A stretch of DNA of 64,000 bases from a virus. Made by a program: the position numbers and the translations under genes. Under the pieces are notes generated by a model, which saw only the letters and a program-made list of their open reading frames with translations, was not told the DNA's origin and searched no databases. The stretch lies in the IMG/VR virus record IMGVR_UViG_3300046170_000502, positions 64,001-128,000 of that record; one strand, written 5' to 3'. This document shows, one piece after another, positions 17,258 to 27,294 of this stretch. The first letter of the stretch is position 1. Each line of letters opens with the position of its first letter.

Positions 17258-18295
17258 TTATTTTTGCCTTGTTAGAAGCATGTAATCACTTTGATACATT
17301 TTTTTGACAAGTCCTGCAAAGTCCGTTTTTCTCTTCCACCCCATTTCTTTTTCCGCAAGAGATGGATCTCCGCATAGTTCGTGAACTTCTGCAGGCCTGT
17401 AAAATTTAGGGTCAACTTCAAAAAATAATCTTCCGTCAGTCGTATGATACTTTTCTTCGACTTCGGTTCCAGAAGTTTCGAATTGAATGTTTGCATTGTT
17501 CAAGGATTCGTTAAGGAATTCTCTAACTGTGTGCATTTCTCCACTCCCAAGCACATAATTTTTTGGCGTTTTCTGGTTAAGCATTAGCCAAACCCCTTCC
17601 ATAAAATCCTCTGCATCACTCCAATCTCTTTGGGCCTCTATATTTCCAAGCTTTAATATGGGTAATTTTTGACCTTTCTCTATAGCAATTTTAATTCTAG
17701 CAATTGTGTGAGTTATTTTTCGAGTTACAAAATCAAGACCCCTTCGACTGCCTTCGTGATTAAACAGCCAACCTTGGATGGCGTATATTTTATAGGACTC
17801 TCTGTATACGCGAACAATATGTCTTGCCCCGCATTTTGCGGCACCATAAGGCGATTGAGGTCGAAGTGGGTGCTCTTCATTTTGAGGTGAATAAATGACA
17901 TCCCCAAACTCTTCACTTGATCCGGCATTGTAAAATCTACATTGCGGCGCGAATCGACGAATAGATTCAAGAATGTGGAGCACAGCATTAGCATCTGTGT
18001 CCCATGTTTGAATCGGATAATTCCAACTGCCTGCAACAAAAGATTGCGCTGCGAAATTTATAAAGTAGTCTGGCTGAATATCCAATATTATATCACGCAT
18101 GCTATGCGCATCATTCAAATCCATATCAATTAGATGAAATCGCGACTCATTTTCTAGATGCAAAATGTTTTCGTGATTTTTAACACTCAACCTTCTTACT
18201 GAGCCATATATTTCATGGCTAGTATTTTTTAATAGATAATCAACCATATGACTTCCGTCTTGGCCGGTGACTCCTGTTACTATTATTTTTTTCAT
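17258..18295 (-). CDS. gmd: GDP-mannose 4,6-dehydratase
   Basis: TGVTGQDG, AAQSFV, SSEEFG, YGAAK, FNHE, FVTRKI, RDW and RPAEV motifs. Confidence 0.95.
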   Translation of the reverse strand: MKKIIVTGVTGQDGSHMVDYLLKNTSHEIYGSVRRLSVKNHENILHLENESRFHLIDMDLNDAHSMRDIILDIQPDYFINFAAQSFVAGSWNYPIQTWDTDANAVLHILESIRRFAPQCRFYNAGSSEEFGDVIYSPQNEEHPLRPQSPYGAAKCGARHIVRVYRESYKIYAIQGWLFNHEGSRRGLDFVTRKITHTIARIKIAIEKGQKLPILKLGNIEAQRDWSDAEDFMEGVWLMLNQKTPKNYVLGSGEMHTVREFLNESLNNANIQFETSGTEVEEKYHTTDGRLFFEVDPKFYRPAEVHELCGDPSLAEKEMGWKRKTDFAGLVKKMYQSDYMLLTRQK

Positions 18296-18313
18296 TTTAA
18301 ATTATATATTTAG

Positions 18314-18937
18314 TTAAAGTTTTTTATAAACATCATCTATATGTAGTTTTTGTATCTTTTCGTATCCCAAAGATTCCAGAAATTTAGTAATACTTGTTTT
18401 GTTGTAGTTGTTCTCAATCAATAAAACGTCGATAGACACTTTGTCAAAATCAATTCCATGAATGATTTGTTCTTCCGATCCTTCTGTGTCAATGGAGCAA
18501 AAGTCGATTTTACTTATATTATGTTTCTCTAGCAAGCTTTGTAGGGTTGTAGTTTTTACTTTAATAACCTCAGAACCATTGTTGCGAGGGTTTTGTATTT
18601 CAAATTTTATTCTCTGTTGATGAATAGGATCATACTTGTCGACCAAACCGCTTAAACCCTTGCCGTAGCCAGAAATATCAAGAAAGTCACATTCTCCATC
18701 TCTATCTGATACAGCTACATTTTCGCAGATACAATTTCTGTTTTTTTCCAACAACTTATATCTCATTGGGCTTGCTTCAATACATAATCCTGTCCAACCT
18801 AATTCCTCAAAAAGTTTTGTGTTGCTTTTATCGACACCATCATCGGCGCCAATTTCTACAAATACCCCATTTTCTTTATCAGAAAAAATATTTTCAAATA
18901 ACCATGTATCTTGATTGTATTGACTGTATGTTTTCAT
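18314..18937 (-). CDS. FkbM family methyltransferase
   Basis: YSQYNQD, FVEIGADDG, SNT and SIDTEGSE. The start at 18937 makes an ATGA overlap. Confidence 0.88.
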   Translation of the reverse strand: MKTYSQYNQDTWLFENIFSDKENGVFVEIGADDGVDKSNTKLFEELGWTGLCIEASPMRYKLLEKNRNCICENVAVSDRDGECDFLDISGYGKGLSGLVDKYDPIHQQRIKFEIQNPRNNGSEVIKVKTTTLQSLLEKHNISKIDFCSIDTEGSEEQIIHGIDFDKVSIDVLLIENNYNKTSITKFLESLGYEKIQKLHIDDVYKKL

Positions 18938-19725
18938 GATAATATATTGTGTATCGTTGACCAAATATTATATTTGTTTAATATCAAATTTCTAGCTTCT
19001 TGCATAGCTTTAATTTCTTGATTGGAAATAGGTTTACCTGCAATTTCCATAATTTGATCGGGTTGATCAAGATTGATTGATCGATACGACCCCTCTGGGA
19101 AGAATTGGTCAATGTTCGGACATCCCCAATATAAGGGCATGCACCATGATAGTATTGAATCTGTTATTTTTTCTGTGAAGTAGTTTTCTTGCGAGCAATT
19201 TTCAATACAAATAGACATGGAGTACTGGGAAAAAGCATTCCACCTTTGTTCGGAAGTTACAGATTTACCTGTGAAGATATTACCAAAATAATCAACATGA
19301 TCTGCAAAATTAGCAATGATTGATTTAATGAATAATGTTCTATGTAGGTGTTTGCTGCTTGAAACTGCACTTATGTGTTTATATTTTTTTGTATAACTTT
19401 CTGTTTCGAGTAAGCTATACGAGCTAGGTGTTCTTGTGCAGACATGATATTTGTCTACTGAGGAGTAGTCAAAATTACTGAAGAAAGATGTCGGAGCATT
19501 CCAAGGTTTTATAATATTAGGCTCGCGGCGAAAATGTACTGAATTTGCGCGACTAATTGACGGTATATCAAGGCAAACAATGTAGTCTGATAGTTGTATA
19601 TCTTGCGCACCAATAATATTTTTCCATACGCCTGAATTATTAGGTGTTAATTGAGAATATTGATTTAATAAGACTTGCGGTTTATCCCCCCAAGAAGATA
19701 TAAATCCTACTCGCGTGTCAGTCAT
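18934..19725 (-). CDS. Glycosyltransferase family 10 (alpha-1,3-fucosyltransferase-like)
   Basis: YSMSICIENCSQENYFTEKITD...PLYWGCPNI is the GT10 nucleotide-sugar motif. Confidence 0.8.
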   Translation of the reverse strand: MTDTRVGFISSWGDKPQVLLNQYSQLTPNNSGVWKNIIGAQDIQLSDYIVCLDIPSISRANSVHFRREPNIIKPWNAPTSFFSNFDYSSVDKYHVCTRTPSSYSLLETESYTKKYKHISAVSSSKHLHRTLFIKSIIANFADHVDYFGNIFTGKSVTSEQRWNAFSQYSMSICIENCSQENYFTEKITDSILSWCMPLYWGCPNIDQFFPEGSYRSINLDQPDQIMEIAGKPISNQEIKAMQEARNLILNKYNIWSTIHNILS

Positions 19726-21694
19726 TACTGATAGAACCGATCAATCGAACGTCTTCAATATCTTTTGGCTCATTGCGTTTTTGTTTTAGTTTTTTAATAA
19801 TTTCTAATGAAGCAAATTTAATATCATTGAAGCAAAAATGATTAAAGTTATTGTATAAGATGTCATGTTTGTGTGTTGGGTAGAAAGATAATTCTTGTTC
19901 GTGAGAATTTATCGAATTAATTCCTTGTATGATGTGCGATGAATTTTGATGTATATAGTCTAGGTCTCTTGCGTTTCTTAATCCAAACAATTGTAATACT
20001 GCGCTACCTGTGACACAAAAATTTTCAGATAGCAAATTTGCCTCCTTGAGTATTTTTCTATAAGTTATCAATAGCTTCCAGAAGTCGCTAGAAAGATCGA
20101 TTGTTGCATGATTCATAAAATGAATACAATTGTTGTTAAAGGCAGCTCTAACAGCTCTAACAGTTTGTTCGTGCGTATCATTTATGTGGACCGAAGGTTT
20201 CCCAATTTTGTAAAGATCTCTGATTTGACTTTTTAAAGCATTAGCTAAATCTATATCTGCACACTCAATTAAATATGCTTTTACCGTAGATTTACCCAAA
20301 CACTTTTGGGTTTGATGTTTTATACCTGCCAATGGGTCTTGTTGTGTAGAAATCCAAGGTTCGCCAAAATACATTTGACTAATATAGTTATGCAAGCCGT
20401 TTTCATTTAATGGTAGATTTTTTTCATAAACTACAGGAACGGATTGTTTGATTATTCGATCCACTGCGCTTGCTTGATCTGAGCTTTCATTTCTGGCAGG
20501 ATATAATGTTAAAAGTTTGCAGTTAGGTTTAATATACGCATATTCTGTTGCAATTACATCAAGATACTTTTCTGTAAGTTTTGCAGATTTAAAATAATAG
20601 CTACTACAGTTTTTCTGCCCAGCTTGAGGTTCATTTGTAGTGATCACCGAAGGAACTCTGTTATGAAAAATCGAAGCGGATATTCTGTGCGAGCCATTCA
20701 AAAGATTGCCTGCGCTATCAACTGGAACAGGAAATTGTTCGTCAAAGCCGTTTGTTTTTATTGAATCTAGCACGTTATTAAAGTCTTGCTTGTATTTATC
20801 GTAACTATTTTTTTCTGGCTGATCATATTCAATAAATTTATTACTTGTAAAAGATCTTAGATGTTCTTTATAGACATCTTCTGCAAAATTACTTTGGATA
20901 TTGAATTCTCTATATTTCGCATACAACAATTTGGCGATAATGTCAAATCTTAATGGAGTTAGATACTGTGCTGCAATGTTGATTGGGTGATATGGTTTTT
21001 TGCTTCTCGCAAAGTTTGCGCATTTATTTTGCTCTGCAGCAGAAACCTTATGATCATTTATTGGATTGCCTTCGTTATATATGTAATTGATTTGCGGAGT
21101 AAATTTAATATGTTTGTGGGTTGCCATTTCAACCATAGGAAACATAAAAAAAGTATCACCTCCGCGTTTAGCATACCATCCAGTCTCATCAAAAAGATCT
21201 TGTTGTGCAATTTTCCTCCATAAAAAAACTCTCCAAGATCGTAAAGCGCATAAGCCGAAATGCGAAGTTCGCGGGCTTGTTTCTGGGGTTATAGCTTTTG
21301 CAAATCCAGCTCGACCATCACTATACTGGAATTGTCCGTATGTTAACCAGGTGTCGGGGTTTTTATATTCTTTAGATATTCTTTCGAATACTAAATTATC
21401 TGGCAGCCAATCATCCCCATCTACTTGAATCGCGATATCATCGTCAGAAACTCTGTCAGATCTCAAAATTTGATCATAGTTGCCTGGTTGGTATAATTTT
21501 TTTGTATTATTTACAATGATAAATCTCCCATCTTTTTTCGAAATTTCTTCCGCTGCTTGTAATGTGCCGTCGGTTGATAAATCATTAAGAATATAACACT
21601 CGAAGTTTTTGAATGTTTGATCTTGGATAGAGTGAAGACATTTTTGTATCCATGTCTCGCAATTGTATGCAGTTGTCAGTACTATGATTTTCAT
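19718..21694 (-). CDS. GT2 glycosyltransferase fused to a capsule-locus-like C-terminal region
   Basis: N-terminal TTAYNCE...NDLSTDGT...VDGDDW. The C-terminal ~410 aa begins LTPLRFDIIAK and contains NGSHRISA. Confidence 0.75.
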   Translation of the reverse strand: MKIIVLTTAYNCETWIQKCLHSIQDQTFKNFECYILNDLSTDGTLQAAEEISKKDGRFIIVNNTKKLYQPGNYDQILRSDRVSDDDIAIQVDGDDWLPDNLVFERISKEYKNPDTWLTYGQFQYSDGRAGFAKAITPETSPRTSHFGLCALRSWRVFLWRKIAQQDLFDETGWYAKRGGDTFFMFPMVEMATHKHIKFTPQINYIYNEGNPINDHKVSAAEQNKCANFARSKKPYHPINIAAQYLTPLRFDIIAKLLYAKYREFNIQSNFAEDVYKEHLRSFTSNKFIEYDQPEKNSYDKYKQDFNNVLDSIKTNGFDEQFPVPVDSAGNLLNGSHRISASIFHNRVPSVITTNEPQAGQKNCSSYYFKSAKLTEKYLDVIATEYAYIKPNCKLLTLYPARNESSDQASAVDRIIKQSVPVVYEKNLPLNENGLHNYISQMYFGEPWISTQQDPLAGIKHQTQKCLGKSTVKAYLIECADIDLANALKSQIRDLYKIGKPSVHINDTHEQTVRAVRAAFNNNCIHFMNHATIDLSSDFWKLLITYRKILKEANLLSENFCVTGSAVLQLFGLRNARDLDYIHQNSSHIIQGINSINSHEQELSFYPTHKHDILYNNFNHFCFNDIKFASLEIIKKLKQKRNEPKDIEDVRLIGSISND

Positions 21695-22545
21695 TATAAT
21701 TGATTAATTTTATCCCAAAAAATTTGCGGAGCATTCATACAGTTGTGTGCGAATTTTTCTTTCCCAAGGCGTTGATACTCTTGTAGAGACCCTATTTTGG
21801 ATTCGTCACCCCGAAACTCTTTCACTCCACACAAAATTGCTTCGGCAACCATTCTACAAAATGGCTCATTGACAATTGGGCTGTGAAATATTGTTCTCGA
21901 TTTTTGATATACATCCGCAGTTGATGCATGGTCTATGCGCCCATTGTATTTTATGTTTGAGTGAGGCTCAATTAGGTTTTCAAAATCAAAAGATGACCAT
22001 CCAAAGATATCTACTTTTCTGTTGCAATTCTCTTTTGCGAATTTTATTAAATTATGCAAGCCTTTTAATTCGTGTATAAATCCACAATATACGACATCAT
22101 ATATTTTGTCTTGAGGTTGTGTTTTAAATATGTCCGTGTCGATTGGGTCGGGTACAATTTCTATATTCGGAAAAATGTCTCCATACATCGAGCGAAAAAA
22201 TGAAACATGAAATTCAGACAGAAAGAAATTAATTTTAGTTGATGCAAAGAGTTGCTTGCGTAAATTTACCCCAAGGTAAAGGCACGAGTCATGCTCTAGT
22301 CTGACATGCCTCGGGTGTTTAAGTATGAAGTCTAATTTGTCTGGAGTTTTATTGTAGATGATTTCTAGGTTCGAGCTAACAATCAAGTCGTATGAACACA
22401 AGAAGTCTGTATATGGGCTATCAAAATTGTGGAGTACAATTTCGTGACCTAGATCTTTGCCTTTTTTTATTATAGCGTCGTTGCTAACCTGGGCTCCCCC
22501 GCCATTATGCTCCAAGTTAAAGTCGCTAATAAATAATACTTTCAC
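21694..22545 (-). CDS. GT-B (GT4-like) glycosyltransferase
   Basis: YCGFIHELKG and EPFCRMVAEAILCG. Confidence 0.75.
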   Translation of the reverse strand: MKVLFISDFNLEHNGGGAQVSNDAIIKKGKDLGHEIVLHNFDSPYTDFLCSYDLIVSSNLEIIYNKTPDKLDFILKHPRHVRLEHDSCLYLGVNLRKQLFASTKINFFLSEFHVSFFRSMYGDIFPNIEIVPDPIDTDIFKTQPQDKIYDVVYCGFIHELKGLHNLIKFAKENCNRKVDIFGWSSFDFENLIEPHSNIKYNGRIDHASTADVYQKSRTIFHSPIVNEPFCRMVAEAILCGVKEFRGDESKIGSLQEYQRLGKEKFAHNCMNAPQIFWDKINQL

Positions 22546-22952
22546 TTAAGTTTTAGTATAATTTTTTTCGCCTCTTTTGTCATTGGCGTTGGTAGAGAGT
22601 TTTTATCAAGCCTAAAAAACCCCCACTCTTCATGTTCAATCGCGTCGACAGCTTTAGTGTCTGGAAAAATTAAATCCTCTATCTTCATGGAGTATGCTGC
22701 AAAAAAATTACAACCACTTATTTTAAAGTCTCCCAAGAAATTAACTTGACCGTTGGGCTTAACTCCCGTTTCTTCGTAAAACTCTCTAATGGCCGCGTCC
22801 TTAGGCTCTTCTCCAATTTCAATCATCCCGCAGGGCATTGACCAATTACCGGGAAGGTTAAGGCACTTCGACGACCTTTTCCCAAGCAAAACAAGATTTC
22901 CGAGTTGAGCTACTAACCCTGCTGCTGTATATTTCTTAGTCGAGGAAATCAT
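22542..22952 (-). CDS. Nudix hydrolase
   Basis: Nudix box GMIEIGEEPKDAAIREFYEETG. Confidence 0.9.
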   Translation of the reverse strand: MISSTKKYTAAGLVAQLGNLVLLGKRSSKCLNLPGNWSMPCGMIEIGEEPKDAAIREFYEETGVKPNGQVNFLGDFKISGCNFFAAYSMKIEDLIFPDTKAVDAIEHEEWGFFRLDKNSLPTPMTKEAKKIILKLK

Positions 22953-24012
22953 CTAAAACTTTTTTATTTTGCCAGTGGGGACAACCTTCATATTTCATTT
23001 TAAAAACTTTAGTTCCATCTTCAATAATTAATTCATCTTTATTTTCTGGGAATGCAGTTTTTTTTACGTTTCCTGCTTGGTCTATTAGGGCGTAATATTC
23101 TCTAGGCTTTCTGAATGGGCAGATGAATGCCTTGATTGGATCTCCATTTTTATCAAGAACAGGTTGACCTCTAGATATTTTATAACCATCTTTTCCGCAT
23201 GCTAAAGGCCCTCCAAACGTCCCATCTTTTGGGTAGTCTTGGTTCGCTGCAAGATTACTCCTTGCGGAATCTTCACTAAAATTGTCGAGGTAATTCTGAA
23301 ATTGAGTTAATTGATACTCAAAACCATCAAGCTCTTTTGCGCTTATTTTGTCCATTTTAATGAAACCTTTGCCTGTGTTACCTAATAGGTCGCGATCTAG
23401 ATCAAATCTTAAAAACAAAAACTCAGACCTAGGTTCCGTTTCCGGCATCAAATGCTTAACGGCTAGACTGTAGATTAAGTTTTGCAAATTGTCTGTGATT
23501 TCTTTCCCTTTAAATACTGACTTGCTACTCTTGAAGTCTCGAATAATCACAGAATTATCTTTATAAACGAAAAGTTTATCGATGTAACCCCTAATAGCAT
23601 ACCTTATTCCATTCTCTGGCTTGTTTATTTCCAGATCAAAAAATCTTTCAGATTCCGCTAGGACAGGACTTTCTTCAGAGTCCCCAAAAAAATCACATCT
23701 TAATCCATTTACGATCATTTCATCTATTAGGTCAAGGTTTTCTTGGTTATTAACATTTAATTCAATAGCTTCCTGTTTTACTTGCTTAGCTACAACGCTC
23801 GTATTCCATATAGTGCCCTCTTTGATTATTTTATTAAATTCTCTTTTATGTTTGTCTCCCAAAAGTTCAAATACATTGTGACATATTGTTCCCCTACTCG
23901 ATCCATCATTACCAGAATCAGGCAGTTTTAGTTTGTAATTGCACCAATAGGTCCAACTGCATGTTTGCGCAGTTTTTATTCTACTTGCGGAAAGTTTTGT
24001 TATTTCACTCAT
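22936..24012 (-). CDS. PD-(D/E)XK nuclease (RecB/AddB-like exonuclease)
   Basis: LSASRI..CSW, GTICH, GYID and DFKS motifs. Confidence 0.82.
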   Translation of the reverse strand: MSEITKLSASRIKTAQTCSWTYWCNYKLKLPDSGNDGSSRGTICHNVFELLGDKHKREFNKIIKEGTIWNTSVVAKQVKQEAIELNVNNQENLDLIDEMIVNGLRCDFFGDSEESPVLAESERFFDLEINKPENGIRYAIRGYIDKLFVYKDNSVIIRDFKSSKSVFKGKEITDNLQNLIYSLAVKHLMPETEPRSEFLFLRFDLDRDLLGNTGKGFIKMDKISAKELDGFEYQLTQFQNYLDNFSEDSARSNLAANQDYPKDGTFGGPLACGKDGYKISRGQPVLDKNGDPIKAFICPFRKPREYYALIDQAGNVKKTAFPENKDELIIEDGTKVFKMKYEGCPHWQNKKVLDDFLD

Positions 24013-25042
24013 TATTTATTATTTTTTTATTTTTTAAAAGAGACTTCGGTAAAGATTTACTTATTTCGTTTACCTTATCTATTATAAAATTTTGTTGATT
24101 TTTTGTATTGAGATTTTTTAATTTTTTATTCCAATTTTTAAAGTCGGATGAAGTCATGTCTCCAAAATCTTTTTTTGTCGGAAGGCAGATGGAGATCTTA
24201 TCTGGGTTGTAATAATTTAAAAGCTTGAGGTAATTTTTTATACTAGCATTTAACCCTCTATTTTCAGGAGAATTTTGGTCGTTATTTAAGGATATTATTA
24301 TTCTTTTCACATTCAAGGATAAAGTTGCGCAAATCAATTTTGTGGATATATCAAGGCCAAATGTAACTAGGACATTCTTGTACCCATATTGATTTAAGTT
24401 TAGGAGGTCTCCAATACTTTCTACGAAGATAATTTCTCCAGAATCTTCTATAGATTTTTTAAATTCTTCGTTTACATATAAGGGATAAACCCAATTCTTT
24501 TTTCTGCCTATATGCTTCCATTTCGGTCTATTTCCGTAAGACGCCATATCTCTACCGGAGAAGCCATATATTTGATTATATTGATTGTAAATTGGGAAAA
24601 TAAATCTACTATTTAATTTTCCACTTGTGGCGTATCCACCTTTAAGTGATTGAAGTATTTCTGAGTCAATACCTTTATCATTATAGAATTTATAATGAGG
24701 TAGTAGTTTTTTAAGGCAATCTTCTGGGTATATTTCTTCCATTTCTATTTTTTCTGAATAGTTAACTTTGTTATAATTTAATCCCAAATCTTCTTCTTCA
24801 AGGAATTTCGACAATTGATTGGGGTCGTTGGTTCCTAGTGTAATTTCTACAAGCCTTTTTAAGGGAGAGAATGGGCTGTTTTCTACATGATCTTTCCAGA
24901 CCCCTGTATTTTTGTATATTTGTATTGCTGTTTTGTTATCGCCATTCCTGAATACAGCATTAGTTTGCCAATACGAACCTCTATCTTGCAGTTTGTATCC
25001 AAGATTAAGTAAGCAATCTTTGATTTTTTCTTGAGATATCAT
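24005..25042 (-). CDS. DNA primase (TOPRIM)
   Basis: FPIYNQ..GFSGR, KWKH, VESIGD and NNDQ; translationally coupled to dnaB. Confidence 0.82.
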   Translation of the reverse strand: MISQEKIKDCLLNLGYKLQDRGSYWQTNAVFRNGDNKTAIQIYKNTGVWKDHVENSPFSPLKRLVEITLGTNDPNQLSKFLEEEDLGLNYNKVNYSEKIEMEEIYPEDCLKKLLPHYKFYNDKGIDSEILQSLKGGYATSGKLNSRFIFPIYNQYNQIYGFSGRDMASYGNRPKWKHIGRKKNWVYPLYVNEEFKKSIEDSGEIIFVESIGDLLNLNQYGYKNVLVTFGLDISTKLICATLSLNVKRIIISLNNDQNSPENRGLNASIKNYLKLLNYYNPDKISICLPTKKDFGDMTSSDFKNWNKKLKNLNTKNQQNFIIDKVNEISKSLPKSLLKNKKIINNE

Positions 25043-26553
25043 ATATTCGGCAACTCTTCCATAAAGCCTTGAACCGCTTCAACCCCTTCTGACTCCATGT
25101 GGGATACACAATCTTGAAGGTCACCCCTCTCTTCTATGTTAAAGTTCTCCATATGTAGGTTTATGTAATTTTTTCTTTTTGTTCCATCTGGCATTTCGAT
25201 TGGCTGAAGGGCTCTATGAACGTTTTCGCCGAGCCATCTGTATTTCAAGCATATGAATTTGTGGGTCCCAAAACCTTCCGCCTCAGACTGAATTTCATCC
25301 ATTGTCTTTTGCCTAAGCAAAAAAAGATGAGAGCAAAACTGGGTTATTTGATCGGATAAAGAGACTATGCTTTCATCGTCAACCACGTTGTCCGAGTTCC
25401 TGTTATTTGTAATCCCCAACCTGTTACTCTGGACGCTCGTTAGCATTGATACTACAGGGCCTTCATTAAAGCACAACTCTTTTTGAATGAGCTGCTTAAA
25501 CTTATCAACCATTCTTCCGACCGTCTCCCATGAACTCACCCCATTTTGTCTTTCGTAACTAGTTTTAATATAATCAAAACTAAATATCATTTCTTTTCCT
25601 CTACCTATTTCGGAAAAGTAGAACCTTCTAATTATATTTAGCATGCTGTCAACCGAGTGTCCGGCTACATTATAGTAGTAGAATTTAAAATTTTTTATTT
25701 TCTTCCACGTTTCCCTAACTTTATTTATTACTTCTTCCCCTGCCTGCCTCCATCTTCCGGTTTCTAGTAAATTCATAGGCACCCCAGATAAAGCTGAGCA
25801 TTGGCGTATAATCAATTCCTCTTTGCTCATTTCTCCGTTGTCGAAGTGTAGGATTGGAACATTATTGTTTCTTGCTGATACTTTAGTACAAAAGTCCATA
25901 CAGAATTGTGTTTTACCAACTCCTGCGCGAGCTACAACAACCGTTATGTTGCCAGGCCTTAAAAGAGATCCATATAATTCATTAACTCTCTGATGAGGAC
26001 CCATTAGACCAAATTGGGTTATTGGGTTATTTCCTCTTTCTTCAATAAAATCTTCCATTTCATCGAATAAATTTTCGGGTTGATTTGAGCCTATTTCGTA
26101 TAAATTAATTTTATCGTTATATATTTTATCCGCCTCGCTAACTATATCGTCAAATGATGCGCCAGAGGAGATAGATTTCATATTTTTGGCAACATCAATT
26201 GATGCGTCATGTATTTCTCTTCTTACAGTAATTTTTTTTAGTTCCTTGGCGGCTTTGATTACTCCGTCTTTTGAGATTTGCCTCATAGATAAAGCTTTGA
26301 TGTAATCCGATATATTTATATTATCCTCAAAGGAAATATTTAATGACTGAACTCTTTGAGATAATAAAACTTCATCTAAAATTTCTGAAGATTCTAAAGA
26401 CTGCCTTAGGACGCAATAAATTGTTTTATTTACTATGGAGTTTTTGTCAAAAAAGTCTTTGTCTTCTATGAATGCTGCAATTAATGGATATGTCTCAGGG
26501 AACTTTATTAATCCAGCTATTAAGTGTTGTTCTAATTCGTAGGAATATATCAT
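25039..26553 (-). CDS. dnaB: DnaB-like replicative helicase
   Basis: ARAGVGKT Walker A, FDNGEM, FDYIK and QSNR motifs. Confidence 0.9.
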   Translation of the reverse strand: MIYSYELEQHLIAGLIKFPETYPLIAAFIEDKDFFDKNSIVNKTIYCVLRQSLESSEILDEVLLSQRVQSLNISFEDNINISDYIKALSMRQISKDGVIKAAKELKKITVRREIHDASIDVAKNMKSISSGASFDDIVSEADKIYNDKINLYEIGSNQPENLFDEMEDFIEERGNNPITQFGLMGPHQRVNELYGSLLRPGNITVVVARAGVGKTQFCMDFCTKVSARNNNVPILHFDNGEMSKEELIIRQCSALSGVPMNLLETGRWRQAGEEVINKVRETWKKIKNFKFYYYNVAGHSVDSMLNIIRRFYFSEIGRGKEMIFSFDYIKTSYERQNGVSSWETVGRMVDKFKQLIQKELCFNEGPVVSMLTSVQSNRLGITNNRNSDNVVDDESIVSLSDQITQFCSHLFLLRQKTMDEIQSEAEGFGTHKFICLKYRWLGENVHRALQPIEMPDGTKRKNYINLHMENFNIEERGDLQDCVSHMESEGVEAVQGFMEELPNI

Positions 26554-26559
26554 TATTCC

Positions 26560-26588
26560 ATAATATCATAAACAACCTTTAAAGTCAA
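26560..26588 (-). promoter_or_regulatory. Sigma70-type promoter, leaderless, for dnaB
   Basis: TTGACT-17 nt-TATTAT with extended TG, 6 nt before the ATG. Confidence 0.8.
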
Positions 26589-26866
26589 GGGTTTTCTTCG
26601 TCGCCTAAGTCTTTGGGGAAATTTAGTTCTATCTCTTGCGCGGAGAGCTGCTCAATGTACTGCGTCAGGGATTGACGTAACCCTAGTTCTATGATCGCAG
26701 AATTAGTTTTTGTTATAATCGACGGTATTCCATCTTGGTTGACATAAGACAATATGAAACCGCTATCCCCTTGTCCTGATCCAGTCAACTCAAAGAGTTG
26801 GGATATAATGCTCTCTGGGAGAGAGAATTTAGATAAGTTTTCTGGATCAATAAAATCTTCGCTCAT
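26585..26866 (-). CDS. Hypothetical acidic protein
   Basis: 93-aa ORF preceded by a GTGTA motif. Confidence 0.65.
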   Translation of the reverse strand: MSEDFIDPENLSKFSLPESIISQLFELTGSGQGDSGFILSYVNQDGIPSIITKTNSAIIELGLRQSLTQYIEQLSAQEIELNFPKDLGDEENP

Positions 26867-26875
26867 AATATATTA

Positions 26876-26880
26876 TACAC
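26876..26880 (-). promoter_or_regulatory. GTGTA putative late-promoter motif
   Basis: 9 nt before the ATG at 26866. Confidence 0.6.
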
Positions 26881-26883
26881 CAA

Positions 26884-27294
26884 TTAAAGATTAACACCAA
26901 AAGTTTTAAATATTTCTTCATCAAGCTCGCTTTCTTTATACACCTCTACCAAGTGGATGCCGTTGAGTTCGCAAAATCTAAGTTTATCAGAGTCTCTTCT
27001 GAGTTGATTTATATAGTTAATTTTATTGCCTCCATGAAAAAATGGTACATACCTCGTGTGTTGTTGCCCTTGAACTTCTATCGCTATTTTTTTATTAGCA
27101 TTATAAAAATCAAGAGATAGCTTGGTCCCTGCAATAGGAAACTCTTCAAAGACTATATGCTTAATCCAATATTTTTTTAAAAACTGCTTCGTATTAAACT
27201 GTATTTTACTCCTACTCTTGCCGTCCCAGTCTATTAAGAATTTTTTAGACTTTTTTACTGTTCTTTCTGCTCCGGTTAAGGTTTTAAAGCGCAT
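26884..27294 (-). CDS. Vsr/DUF559-like endonuclease
   Basis: EEF...LDFY...IAIEVQGQQH...D..K..FC motif. Confidence 0.7.
   Translation of the reverse strand: MRFKTLTGAERTVKKSKKFLIDWDGKSRSKIQFNTKQFLKKYWIKHIVFEEFPIAGTKLSLDFYNANKKIAIEVQGQQHTRYVPFFHGGNKINYINQLRRDSDKLRFCELNGIHLVEVYKESELDEEIFKTFGVNL

Noticed and set aside
22936-24012. Cas4 / CRISPR adaptation gene
   Set aside because: It is a generic PD-(D/E)XK nuclease within the primase-helicase operon, lacks a clear four-Cys cluster pattern and has no cas1/cas2 context.
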